From NCBI GenBank assembly GCA_963833575.1, contig CAWHXY010000005.1, forward strand, positions 1 through 64,000: a DNA stretch of 64,000 bases, in the 5' to 3' direction. The notes under the pieces were generated by a model, which saw only the letters and a list, made by a program, of their open reading frames with translations, did not search any database and was not told where the DNA came from. Origin of the DNA: Candidatus Bathyarchaeota archaeon. GTDB lineage: Archaea; Thermoproteota; Bathyarchaeia; Bathyarchaeales; Bathycorpusculaceae. Below are positions 1 to 9,997 of the stretch, one piece after another. Each line of letters opens with the position of its first letter. The stretch's first letter is position 1. The translations under genes and the position numbers were made by a program.

Positions 1-326
1 GCATCTGAGCAGTCGTATATTTTTCCGTAAAAATCCAAGTTGTCATAAGCGGTCAGGTGTTCAGATAACCCAACGTTATCAGGAACTAATCCGATGATTT
101 TTCTGATTTTTAAAGAGTCCGCCTTATTGCCTATATCGTAGCTACCTATTCTGGCGCTTCCACTTGTCTTGGATATTAGGCAACAAAGCATCCGCACAGT
201 GGTAGTTTTGCCTGCACCATTGGGTCCAAGAAAACCGAAAACTTCACCATCATCCACATGCAGGGTAAGGCTATCCACCGCCGTTAAGTCCCCAAACTTT
301 TTGGTAAGATTTTCAGTATCTATCAA
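1..326 (-). CDS. ABC transporter ATP-binding protein (5' part; runs off left edge)
   Basis: Not in ORF track. Manual translation from TTG at 326: MIDTENLTKKFGDLTAVDSLTLHVDDGEVFGFLGPNGAGKTTTVRMLCCLISKTSGSARIG..., with a Walker A motif. Close paralog of 21641..22564. Confidence 0.9.
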   Translation of the reverse strand, partial: MIDTENLTKKFGDLTAVDSLTLHVDDGEVFGFLGPNGAGKTTTVRMLCCLISKTSGSARIGSYDIGNKADSLKIRKIIGLVPDNVGLSEHLTAYDNLDFYGKIYDCSD

Positions 327-703
327 TGCGATTACCTTTTGGATTGAATGCTGCCGATTGTTTGTTAGTAGGTTAATGGTAAATAAATAATGTTGCGCAG
401 GGCCTATCCCCAACATTCAATCGCAAAATTGGTTAAAGCCCAATGCCAGCCAAGAAAATAGAGAAAGAGCAGGATAAATTCTCCTCCAGAAGGGCATACC
501 CCATCGGACTTGAACCGATGGGCTGCCTCATTAATCTTGGAAGACATGAACTTGAAATCTTGGGACTCCAATAGTTTCGCTGACACTGGGTAATTTTGCA
601 TTTTAGCCCGAGGGTTCAAACGCTAAATTGAAATACAACCAATAATAAGAGTCAGAAAGCAGTAATTCACATAGGAATAGCTTTATTTGCAGAAATAAGA
701 CCC

Positions 704-847
704 TGGCGGGCGGGGAGGGATTTGAACCCTCGACCCCCAACTTAGGAGGCTGGTGCTCTATCCGTGAGAAGCCCGAAAGTCCCAGCACCAGCCCCTTTGC
801 CAGTGCCTGAAACAAGAGCTCCACAATCCGTACTGAGCTACTCGCCC
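704..847 (-). tRNA. tRNA-Arg(CCT) with ~68-nt D-loop intron (approx. 759..826)
   Basis: Minus strand reads GGGCGAG-TA-GCTCAGTACGGA[intron hairpin]GAGC-A-CCAGC-CTCCTAA-GTTGG-GGTC-GAGGG-TTCAAAT-CCCTC-CCCGCCC-G-CCA. Confidence 0.9.
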
Positions 848-1225
848 AAAGCCTGAAAACAACAGCATAGAGTAAGCATTGATACTAAAACCCTTCTAAA
901 AATAGATTGAAATAAGAGTATTTTCAATACCCAAACCAGAAGGCAAAACCTAAATCAATCCAACAAAATTAGATTTAAACAATTCTTAAATAAGTTTAAA
1001 AAAACCATGAAGAATGTTGAGGATAAGTGCACACTTTTATCACCGGCACTCTTCGCGAGTCTTTGTCAGAGAGGGGGATCGTTCAAGTTGATTACGTGAC
1101 CATATGAGGTCGTCTACATTACGGGTCTACATTCATTGCAAATCCCTTGTTGAAAACATCGATCTTATGAGGTATTCCCAAAGACTTTAAACCATCGTAA
1201 TGGAACTTATGTTTGCAAGTTAACT

Positions 1226-2293
1226 GTGATCACTTTGGCCTTAACTTACCATTACATGCAGCTTCCACGTGAAGTTATTGTTGGAAAGGGAACTTTAAAG
1301 CGGATTCCCGAAGTGGTAAAACGGCTGGGGCTTCAAGGGAAAGCATTAGTGCTCTCGGATCCCATATGTTACGATGTGGCTGGAAAAACGGTTTCAGATT
1401 TTCTCGCTGAAGCGGGTTTGTCAGTTGAATTTCTCTGTGTTAAAAGTATGTGTCCAAAAGACATATCAGATATTAAAGATCAAATAAAACGTTTGAAGCC
1501 GCAGGTTCTTTTTGGTGTGGGCGGTGGAACTGTAATTGATTCTGCCAAAGTTAGTTCTGGAAGCCAAAATATCCCATTCATCAGCGTACCCACAACTGTT
1601 TCTCATGACGGCATTGCGAGCCCATTAGCTTCAATCAAAGGATCAGATAAGCCTTATTCAGTCATGGCGCAAGCGCCTCTGGCAATTATTGCCGATACAG
1701 AAGTTATCGCCAAAGGTCCTTGGCGGTTTGTTATAAGTGGCTGCGGAGATGTCGTTGCAAAGTTCACAGCTGTAAAAGATTGGCAACTTGCCCATCAAGA
1801 AGTTAATGAGTATTATGGGGGCTACGCCGCAAGTTTAGCTTTGATGAGCGCAAAATTGGTAATTGAAAACGCAGACCTAATCGTTTACCGAACAGATGAG
1901 GGATTACGTGTACTTCTTGAAGCATTAATAAGCTGTGGTGTTGCCATGAGCATCGCAGGCAGCAGTCGCCCATGCAGTGGCTCCGAGCATTTGTTTAGCC
2001 ATGCTTTGGACATGATTGATTCTCATCACGCGATGCATGGAGAGCAATGTGGGGTAGGCTCAATAATGATTGCCTATCTTTACAAAACAAATTGGGAACG
2101 AATAAAAAAAAGTCTAAAGCAGATGGGCGCACCAACAACTGCCAAGGAATTAGGCGTGAGAGATACTGACGTTGTTAAAGCGTTGGAGTTAGCAGCGAAA
2201 ATAAGACCTGAACGATATACAATCCTTCACAAATTAAATCTCGACTATGATGCTTGCGAAAAAACGGCTAAGGCGACAGGTGTAATTAGTTAA
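1226..2293 (+). CDS. egsA: sn-glycerol-1-phosphate dehydrogenase (archaeal lipid backbone)
   Basis: Motifs GVGGGTVID, PTTVSHDGIASP, SRPCSGSEHLFSHALD, HGEQCG and RPERYTIL. Confidence 0.95.
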   Translation: MITLALTYHYMQLPREVIVGKGTLKRIPEVVKRLGLQGKALVLSDPICYDVAGKTVSDFLAEAGLSVEFLCVKSMCPKDISDIKDQIKRLKPQVLFGVGGGTVIDSAKVSSGSQNIPFISVPTTVSHDGIASPLASIKGSDKPYSVMAQAPLAIIADTEVIAKGPWRFVISGCGDVVAKFTAVKDWQLAHQEVNEYYGGYAASLALMSAKLVIENADLIVYRTDEGLRVLLEALISCGVAMSIAGSSRPCSGSEHLFSHALDMIDSHHAMHGEQCGVGSIMIAYLYKTNWERIKKSLKQMGAPTTAKELGVRDTDVVKALELAAKIRPERYTILHKLNLDYDACEKTAKATGVIS

Positions 2294-2312
2294 CTTTCAC
2301 TAAATTCTAAAT

Positions 2313-2690
2313 TCACAATGGCTGAAAAAGTGCAAATTGGTTTCCTTCAGGGTCTTCCGCTGCAGCTATCCAACCAACATTGGGGACTTCCTGGTTCGGG
2401 GAGATTACTTTGCCGCCAAGCTTCTCAATTTTTGCTAAGAACTCGCTAATAGATTCAACCGCAAAATAATTAATGGGTTTAATCCCAGCTTCTTGCTTTC
2501 TAAACATGCCACCGTTTATTCCTGGTCGCTGCGGAACACCGTTTTCATCAACCGGGACAGTTTGTATTATCCAGTAATCTAATGGTGAAGGGTATTGGGT
2601 TATTTTCCAACCAAAGACTTGTTCATAAAATTGTTTAATTTTTTCCACATCTTGTGCTGGAATTTCAAAATGAACTAATGTATGATCCAT
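2313..2690 (-). CDS. VOC/glyoxalase family protein
   Basis: VHFEIPA..FYEQVFGW, GINGG and DPEGNQFAL. Confidence 0.9.
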   Translation of the reverse strand: MDHTLVHFEIPAQDVEKIKQFYEQVFGWKITQYPSPLDYWIIQTVPVDENGVPQRPGINGGMFRKQEAGIKPINYFAVESISEFLAKIEKLGGKVISPNQEVPNVGWIAAAEDPEGNQFALFQPL

Positions 2691-2828
2691 TCCGATTTTT
2701 CATCTCCCATACACAATGAAAATAACGAAGTGAGATTACACTATAATATTGAGCAAGAGAGATTTATCTCTATTCTCATAATTCAAAAATTGAAAAACTA
2801 AGAAGAAAAGATTTGTTGATTGATTATT

Positions 2829-3560
2829 TTAAGTAGTGCTGGCTTTTGCTTCTGTTGGCGCTGGTGCCGGTTTCGGTTCAGCCTTGAAAGTTTCAACAAA
2901 TTTAGTTTCGCACAAATCAGGAATAAATTTCTGAATATCCATTGAAATTCCACGTTTGGCAATCTGAATACCTTCAACGTAAAACGTCTCTTCTGGCATA
3001 TCAATTGTTAAACTTTTGTCTTGAATGCATAGTTTGAACTTTTCTTCTTCAACAACTGGTACCCGGCGGTGAATAAGGGAGCTAATTTTTTCCTCGTTTT
3101 TCTCTAGTTTCTTGGTAACGATGGTTTCATAAATTAGGGTTCTTCCTGCAAGTGGAGGATTAAAGTCCAAAAGTACTCGTCCTGCCCCAATCGAGCGCAC
3201 AGTCGCCATTTTTCCTTGGTATTCAATGCGTGCTCCAATAACAGGATTAATTTCTTTTGCCAACAATTGCTTGAGCGATACTCGCTTTATTTTTTCCGGG
3301 TCTCTCGGGCCAAAGCCTTTTTCAGGTGAAATCTCTACTGTACAAGGCTTACTAATTTCCATTGTTGTTAAACTATCATCTAAGGCTTTGAGTACCCAGC
3401 CTTCGCCTATAACAACAAGTTTAGGATCATATATTTCGCCTTCTTTAAACAAATGCTCTTTTTTAGCAACGTCTTCATATGTTGTGTCGAAAACTTCGTT
3501 TGTTTCCTTAACTTTCGATGTATAATTGATTAGTATAAAATCTCCTTTTTGTAGGGACAT
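2829..3560 (-). CDS. slyD: FKBP-type peptidyl-prolyl isomerase (archaeal long type, SlyD-like)
   Basis: KGDFILINY, VFDTT, PEKGFG and DFNPPLAGRTL, plus an archaeal C-terminal domain. Confidence 0.9.
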   Translation of the reverse strand: MSLQKGDFILINYTSKVKETNEVFDTTYEDVAKKEHLFKEGEIYDPKLVVIGEGWVLKALDDSLTTMEISKPCTVEISPEKGFGPRDPEKIKRVSLKQLLAKEINPVIGARIEYQGKMATVRSIGAGRVLLDFNPPLAGRTLIYETIVTKKLEKNEEKISSLIHRRVPVVEEEKFKLCIQDKSLTIDMPEETFYVEGIQIAKRGISMDIQKFIPDLCETKFVETFKAEPKPAPAPTEAKASTT

Positions 3561-3859
3561 TTTGAATCATCCTTTATCTTAACGGTCGATGTTTAAGTTT
3601 CAAACGCTAATAAAAACTTTGTCTAGCTGAAAGCAATTTACACTAGAATCAATGGTGCATTTAAAAAAATAACGTCGAAAATTCATTTCATAGTTTCAAA
3701 TTTATGCATTTTTTAGAAATTTGATTTGATCAATCGGGAAAAACGACTCTATCGTTAAAGATGAAATTGCGTTGCAAACACATTCCGATAAAGCTTTAAA
3801 TTATGCTTAGGTCAGAGAAATGTGTCGAACGCCTTTAGCGCGTATCTGTTTGCGTTTGT

Positions 3860-3974
3860 GCCGGGGTATCCTAGCCAGGCAGGGAGCAAGCCTGGAGATG
3901 TTTGCCAATGGCAATCACCAAGCAGCTTGTGGCCTCTCGGGGCCGCGGGGGTTCAAATCCCCCTCCCGGCGCCA
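3860..3974 (+). tRNA. tRNA-Ser(GGA) with 26-nt canonical (37/38) intron 3898..3923
   Basis: GCCGGGG acceptor, CAAGC-CTGGAG[ATGTTTGCCAATGGCAATCACCAAGC]A-GCTTG, long variable arm, GGGGG-TTCAAAT-CCCCC and encoded CCA. Confidence 0.93.
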
Positions 3975-4358
3975 TTTTTACAGTGCCAATTTTTAAGCAG
4001 TAGAGTTTATTTTGCCTGAATAGGTGCAGCTATAGCTTATTTGTAAATATCTCTAAAATTAGTCCAAAGATTTTTGTTTGTACGAAGTGGATTATTCTTC
4101 AAGTTTTCTATGGGAGACGTGAAATCAATTAAACAGAGCAAGATGTAAGACTGTGATCAGTTAAACAGGTCCAGGATTCTCTTAAGAAATATGGCTTGGA
4201 GAATTCATATCTTCCGTTAGGAGTGAACTCTGGCAGAACTCAGAACTCATTATCAAAAAATGTTCAAGCCAATTTTCGTACTTAAAACTCGCTGAATTAA
4301 TGTCCTTCAGCTTGTCATCTATAATAGCAACAAGTCACACTATATTAAATCTGCAGAA

Positions 4359-5417
4359 ATGATAATTGAGAGGGGAGAAAACAAAATAAAAGTTGGTATA
4401 TTAAGCGGCGGAGGAGACGCACCTGGAATCAATGCAGTCCTGAGGGCAATCGTAAGGAAGGCAATTCAAGATTACGGATATGAAACTGTAGGCATCAAAG
4501 ACGGTTGGAAAGGATTAGTTGAAGGTGAATTTATCCCGTTAGACTTAAAATCTCTTGTAGGTTTGCTTCCTAAAGGCGGATCCATATTGGGCACTTCGAG
4601 GACTAATCCGTTCAAGAGCGAAGACGGAGCTAACCGTATTCTGAGAAACGTTTCCGAACACGGCATTGAAGCGGTCATCGCAATAGGCGGAGAAGACACG
4701 CTTGGCGTAGCATCCAAACTATGCGAAATGGGGCTTCCAGTTGTAGGAGTTCCCAAAACGATCGACAATGATTTAGTTGGCACTGACTATACATTTGGTT
4801 TTCAAACGGCGGTTGCTATTGCTTGTGAGGCACTTGATAGGCTTCATACAACGGCGGAATCGCATCATAGAGTAATAATCCTTGAAGTTATGGGCAGATA
4901 CACTGGTTGGATTGCTTTGGAGGCAGGGATTGCCGGTGGGGCAGATGCAATACTGATTCCTGAGAGACCTTTTGACATTGAGGAAGTCTGCGAATGCATA
5001 AGGAAGAGGCAAAAACGTGGTAGGAACTTTAGCATAATCGTTGCCGCGGAGGGCGCTAAACCGAAAGGGGGTGAAGAGATCGTTTATAGTAGCGGCGTAG
5101 ATGAGTTTGGTCACGCAAGATTCGGTGGCATAGGCTACTACATAGGAAAGGAAATAGAGAAGAGATTCGAAAATATCGACACTAGGGCAGTGGTTCTGGG
5201 GCATCTTCAACGAGGCGGCTCTCCAAACGCGTATGATAGAGTTTTAGCTACCAGATTTGGTATCGCTGCGATTGACCTAGTACATGAAGGTAAATTCGGT
5301 CAGATGGTTGCTATCCAAGGAAACATCATGGGTTCTGTGCCCTTGAAAGATGTTATCGGTAAGCGAAAAACGGTTGATTCAACGCTTTACGAAATTGCTG
5401 CAACATTCTTCGGATAG
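4359..5417 (+). CDS. pfkA: 6-phosphofructokinase, PfkA family group III, probably PPi-dependent
   Basis: SGGDAPG, GGSILGTSR, IGGEDT, PKTIDND, EVMGR and GHLQRGG. Confidence 0.92.
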   Translation: MIIERGENKIKVGILSGGGDAPGINAVLRAIVRKAIQDYGYETVGIKDGWKGLVEGEFIPLDLKSLVGLLPKGGSILGTSRTNPFKSEDGANRILRNVSEHGIEAVIAIGGEDTLGVASKLCEMGLPVVGVPKTIDNDLVGTDYTFGFQTAVAIACEALDRLHTTAESHHRVIILEVMGRYTGWIALEAGIAGGADAILIPERPFDIEEVCECIRKRQKRGRNFSIIVAAEGAKPKGGEEIVYSSGVDEFGHARFGGIGYYIGKEIEKRFENIDTRAVVLGHLQRGGSPNAYDRVLATRFGIAAIDLVHEGKFGQMVAIQGNIMGSVPLKDVIGKRKTVDSTLYEIAATFFG

Positions 5418-5438
5418 GCAATGTGAGGAAAGCAATAA

Positions 5439-8387
5439 ATGAACCTAGAAAACAAGCTCGGATCTGTGGATAGAGATGCACTCAACGCAAAAAAAGCGAA
5501 TTCGCAACATGGAAGAACAATAGCAGGAACACAAAAATCAAAGGACTCAAAGTTCAGAGGAAACGTGAAGTTCGTCTTTGATTTTGAAGAAGGAGACGGC
5601 AAGAATAAGCAACTTTTGGGGGGAAAAGGATCCGGCTTAGTTGAGATGACACAGATTGGGCTTCCAATACCTTTCGGCTTTGTTATCACGACAGAAGCCT
5701 GTCGCCAGTACTACGCTAAAAGCAAGAAGCTTCCAGATAGTCTGATGGCTGAAGTAACGAAACATATGAAACTTCTCGAGAACAAGACAAAAAAAGGCTT
5801 TGGCCATGTCGAGAATCCACTTCTTGTGTCAGTTAGATCTGGTGCAGCCTCATCAATGCCTGGCATGATGGATACCATTCTTAATCTTGGACTCAATGAC
5901 ACAGTTGTTGAGGGACTTGGAAAGACTACAAGTAACCGTCGTTTCGCCTACGATGCATACCGCCGGTTCCTGCAACTCTTTGGAAAGATTGCAATGGGAT
6001 TAGATGAGAGCCATTTTGAAAGCATCCTTGAAACTATCAAAAAACAGTTAGGCGTCGAATTTGACACGGACTTAGACACAGATCATCTCTTTAAAATTTG
6101 CAACGAATTTAAAGAAGTTTATAAAAAAGAATTTGGGCAGGAATTCCCTCAAGATCCTTGGAAACAACTTCAAATGGCTATTGAAGCTGTTTTCCGTTCA
6201 TGGAAAGGAAAACGCGCGATCGACTATCGCAGGGAATTCAAGATCACTCCGAAAATGGCGGACGGGACCGCTGTTAACATCGTTACCATGGTATTCGGAA
6301 ACATGGGCAATGACTCCGCAACAGGCGTTGGCTTCACTAGAGACCCTGGGACTGGCGAAAATACACTTTTCGGAGAATACCTGATCAATGCGCAGGGCGA
6401 AGATGTGGTTGCAGGAATAAGGACACCCAAACCGATTGCTCAGTTGAAAAAAGAAATGCCACAACAGTTCAAAGAAATTGAGGCGACCCGACAAGTCCTT
6501 GAGCAGCACTTTCGTGAAGTGCAAGATTTCGAATTCACGATTGAGCGAGGAAAACTCTATCTGCTCCAGACCCGTAACGCGAAGATGAACGCAACTGCAT
6601 TTATTAAAACATCTCTTGACATGGTATCAGAGAAATTACTCACCAAGGAAAAAGCTCTTCTCCGTATAAACCCTGAGAACCTCGAACAGATCTTCCATCA
6701 TCGAATCGACCAGGCTGCGCATGCTGAACCAGTTGCGGAAGGGATTCCTGCTTCTCCAGGCGCTGCTCATGGAAAAGTCGTTTTTGAAGCCGACGAGGCA
6801 GAACGAAGGGGGCGGTTGGGAGAAACAGTAATCCTTGTAAGAGAAGAAACGAAGCCGGAAGACATTCACGGCTTCTTTCAAGCTAGAGGGATACTAACCT
6901 GCCGCGGCGGCAAGACCTCTCATGCAGCCGTAGTTGCACGAGGAATGGGAAAACCTTGTGTTGTAGGTTGCAAAGATATCCAGATTCAAAATCACAGCAA
7001 ATCGGCCATTTTCAAAGGCCGAAAAGTTAAGGCAGGCGACATGATAACAATTGATGGAACTACTGGTTTGATTTATCTTGGGGCGGTCCCCACTGTCGAT
7101 CCGCAGTTCGGTCCAGAGTTAAATAAGATTCTTAGATGGTCTGATGAAATTAGAAATCTAGAGGTGCGAGCTAATGCCGACACCCCAGAAGATGCTGCGA
7201 GGGCAAGAAAACTGGGCGCCGAAGGGATCGGCCTTTGCCGTACGGAAAGAATGTTCAATGCTACAGACCGCCTTCCTATTGTTCGTGAGATGATTCTCGC
7301 TGAAAGTGCCGCAAAACGACAGGAATCTTTAGATCGACTTTTGCCAATGCAAAAAAATGATTTCAAACAAATTCTGCAGATAATGGAAGGACTCCCCGTG
7401 ACGATTCGGCTAATTGATCCACCGCTTCATGAGTTCCTGCCATCCATCGAATCGCTTTTAAACGAGATCGAACGGCTCAAGGATGTCCAGCAAGGTTTTC
7501 AACAGATGGAAATGATATCTGATTCTGTTAAGTCCAGTATAGAGCCCTCACTCCAAAAATACATCCCAAAAGTAGAAAACGTAATTAGTGAGCTTTCAGA
7601 AATCAAGAAAGATCATCCTCTTGACGAACTAATCAAGAAGAAAGAAGAGATTCTACAAAAGGTTCGCGAAACTACCGAAGTCAACCCTATGCTTGGACAT
7701 CGAGGCGTAAGGCTTGGCATCAAATATCCTGAGATTTACCAGATGCAGATTCGAGCTTGTCTTGAGGCTTCCGCTGAACTGCTTAATGAAGGCGTAGACG
7801 CTCAACCTGAAATTATAATTCCTCAAGTTGTCACATCCCAAGAACTCAAGAGGGTCCACAGTTGGCTGGAAGAAATTAAGACGGAAGTAGAGAAAAAACA
7901 CCGTGTTAAATTGCACATTCAATTTGGAACGATGATTGAAACTGTTAGAGCCTGTATGCGAGCTGGTCGACTGGCACAAGTAACCGACTTCTTCTCTTTT
8001 GGTACAAATGACTTGACGCAGGCAACTTTTTCTTTCTCAAGAGAGGATGCGGAGAACAAGTTTCTGCCACTATATAATGAGTTGAAGATTCTTATAGACA
8101 ATCCCTTCGAGGTTCTGGACATTAAAGGGGTGGGCAGACTTATGAAAATCACCATCGATTGGGGCAAAAAAAGCAATTCTAAACTCAAATTGGGTGTCTG
8201 CGGTGAACACGCTGGTAATCCGCGCAGTGTGGAATTCTTTCAAGCTCTTGGTCTAACATATGTAAGCTGCTCCCCATACCGTGTTCCCATTGCTAGACTC
8301 GTGGCAGCTCAAGCTAGACTTAGAGAAAAGATGTTGACTTTAGCTGAACTAAATAATCCCGACTATCCTTTCAACGTTTTCTCGTGA
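5439..8387 (+). CDS. ppdK: pyruvate, phosphate dikinase
   Basis: LLGGKG, VSVRSGA..SMPGMMDT, GGKTSHAAVVAR (catalytic His), GIGLCRTE, SFGTNDLTQ and GVCGEH. The true start may lie ~40 codons downstream. Confidence 0.95.
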   Translation: MNLENKLGSVDRDALNAKKANSQHGRTIAGTQKSKDSKFRGNVKFVFDFEEGDGKNKQLLGGKGSGLVEMTQIGLPIPFGFVITTEACRQYYAKSKKLPDSLMAEVTKHMKLLENKTKKGFGHVENPLLVSVRSGAASSMPGMMDTILNLGLNDTVVEGLGKTTSNRRFAYDAYRRFLQLFGKIAMGLDESHFESILETIKKQLGVEFDTDLDTDHLFKICNEFKEVYKKEFGQEFPQDPWKQLQMAIEAVFRSWKGKRAIDYRREFKITPKMADGTAVNIVTMVFGNMGNDSATGVGFTRDPGTGENTLFGEYLINAQGEDVVAGIRTPKPIAQLKKEMPQQFKEIEATRQVLEQHFREVQDFEFTIERGKLYLLQTRNAKMNATAFIKTSLDMVSEKLLTKEKALLRINPENLEQIFHHRIDQAAHAEPVAEGIPASPGAAHGKVVFEADEAERRGRLGETVILVREETKPEDIHGFFQARGILTCRGGKTSHAAVVARGMGKPCVVGCKDIQIQNHSKSAIFKGRKVKAGDMITIDGTTGLIYLGAVPTVDPQFGPELNKILRWSDEIRNLEVRANADTPEDAARARKLGAEGIGLCRTERMFNATDRLPIVREMILAESAAKRQESLDRLLPMQKNDFKQILQIMEGLPVTIRLIDPPLHEFLPSIESLLNEIERLKDVQQGFQQMEMISDSVKSSIEPSLQKYIPKVENVISELSEIKKDHPLDELIKKKEEILQKVRETTEVNPMLGHRGVRLGIKYPEIYQMQIRACLEASAELLNEGVDAQPEIIIPQVVTSQELKRVHSWLEEIKTEVEKKHRVKLHIQFGTMIETVRACMRAGRLAQVTDFFSFGTNDLTQATFSFSREDAENKFLPLYNELKILIDNPFEVLDIKGVGRLMKITIDWGKKSNSKLKLGVCGEHAGNPRSVEFFQALGLTYVSCSPYRVPIARLVAAQARLREKMLTLAELNNPDYPFNVFS

Positions 8388-8795
8388 GATAAAAACATCT
8401 CAAGAGGTACTAATATTTCTCTTCGGTACGGGTTAGAAAGCCTACAAGCTATCAATAAGACCCTTTCAGAGTCAGTAAAGACTCGAGTATGTTCGGAAAA
8501 ATTTCCATATTTATTCCAGAAATCCGCCATAAATTACAATTGTTTTTTGAGCAAAACATGGCGATTTCCTGAAATCTATCGGAGCTTGTACACATGTTCT
8601 TTGGGGTCAAAATCCAACAGGCCTACACTTTTTAAAAAATCATCAGGTTCATTTTTACTGGTAAACTGGCGTTAGACTCCTTTTCAACTCAATAGCCAAA
8701 TAGGTCACTTGTCTGTTAAAACCCGGTCAATGCATGTGAAAATCGAAATTGCTATAAAACCAATCGAATTTCATTTATTTAACGAGTGTTAGGCA

Positions 8796-9407
8796 ATGGT
8801 TAAGTTAAATCTTCTACCCGAACAACGACTAAAACTCAAACAGTTAGCTGATGTTGGAGAGGACAACATTTTTCGGTTCTTGGGATTTTCTTTAGATTTG
8901 GATACAACTGATTTCCACGATGTTCTCCAAGAAAACGCGTCTACGGCAATAGAGCTCAAAGACCCAACTATGTATAGTCAAATTACTGAGTTACTTGCAT
9001 CTTATTCTCATTCCGAGAGACGCGAGTTAAATGGTAAATTAGTTAAGTTCAAAGACTTCCCTGGGGGATACGCATATGAAATGGCATTTTCTCGTTTGGC
9101 AATTGACCCCATTGCAAAAAGTTTTAGTAAAAACCCTGAAGAACTGATTGAAGCTGCCGATCTTCTGACGGGAAAGCGCTTGAGCTATGGGCAATCATCT
9201 GTAGAGGTTTCTGCTTTAACCGGAATTCCAATTACGTATATTCTTTGGACTGACGAAGAGTTACCGGCGACAGCAAACATCCTCTTTGATGAAACAGCAA
9301 GTAATTATCTCAATGTAGAAGACTTGGCAAAACTAGCAGAACTAACAACATGGCGGTTATCTATCGCTCAGTCAATTGTTAAGAAAGGCAAAGCAACAAA
9401 AAACTAA
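8796..9407 (+). CDS. DUF3786-like protein
   Basis: Pattern FKDFPGG..Y, IPITYILW.DEELPA.ANILFD..YL.VEDL. Confidence 0.75.
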   Translation: MVKLNLLPEQRLKLKQLADVGEDNIFRFLGFSLDLDTTDFHDVLQENASTAIELKDPTMYSQITELLASYSHSERRELNGKLVKFKDFPGGYAYEMAFSRLAIDPIAKSFSKNPEELIEAADLLTGKRLSYGQSSVEVSALTGIPITYILWTDEELPATANILFDETASNYLNVEDLAKLAELTTWRLSIAQSIVKKGKATKN

Positions 9408-9514
9408 GTAGTGCGGTGAAAAAAGGATCAAATAATTGAGGAACAGAACTTTTGCCTATTAAGAGTAAAATCAATTAAGCAAACAGGCTTCATAATTAAG
9501 ATGGTGTTGTGTAG

Positions 9515-9997
9515 TTGGTCGCTGTCGGTGAAATCGCTCCGAATTTTACTTTGGAGACGGATGAGGAAAAGCAAGTTTCATTAAAAGACTATAGAGGCAA
9601 AAAAGTTGTGCTTTACTTTTATCCCAAAGATGGGACATCTGGATGCACAACTGAGGCACTTGAGTTTAAAGATGTTGCTGAACAGTTTGCCAAAGAAGGT
9701 GCAGTAATATTGGGCGTAAGCAAAGATAATGTTAAGTCTCATCAGAAATTCAAAGAAAAGTATCAGCTGCCATTCACATTGCTTAGTGATCCTGAAGCTA
9801 AAGTGTTAAACGAGTATGGGGTTTGGAAAGAGAAAGTGCTTTATGGAAGAAAATTCATGGGAACCGAACGAACAACGTTTCTGATAAACGAAAAAGGAAT
9901 CATACGAAAAATGTACACAAAAGTGAGGCCAGAAGGACACGCTCAAACATGTCTATTAGATTTAACCAAAGAACCTGAGCTCTTCTTCCCTGGCTAA
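9515..9997 (+). CDS. bcp: thioredoxin-dependent peroxiredoxin Bcp
   Basis: VVLYFYPKDGTSGCTTEA, LLSD and ERTTFLI. Confidence 0.92.
   Translation: MVAVGEIAPNFTLETDEEKQVSLKDYRGKKVVLYFYPKDGTSGCTTEALEFKDVAEQFAKEGAVILGVSKDNVKSHQKFKEKYQLPFTLLSDPEAKVLNEYGVWKEKVLYGRKFMGTERTTFLINEKGIIRKMYTKVRPEGHAQTCLLDLTKEPELFFPG

Noticed and set aside
169-390. 73-aa plus-strand ORF
   Set aside because: It is the antisense shadow of the ABC ATPase. Most other short overlapping ORFs in the track are similar shadows of longer genes.
404-824. ORFs 404..619 and 603..824
   Set aside because: They overlap tRNA-Arg and the T-loop hairpin and have no protein motifs. ORFs 3822..4019, 17172..17408, 17252..17452 and 42356..42571 likewise overlap tRNAs.
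895-970. Possible eroded sixth copy of the anchor element upstream of tRNA-Arg
   Set aside because: It has AATAGATTGAAATA and AAAACCTAAATCAA but lacks ACCTGCAA; chance similarity in AT-rich DNA cannot be excluded.
8600-8632. TTGGGGTCAAAATCCAACAGGCCTACA, a degenerate T-arm-like sequence after ppdK
   Set aside because: It is too diverged to assign to tRNA-Ser or any tRNA in the window, so an att site cannot be supported.
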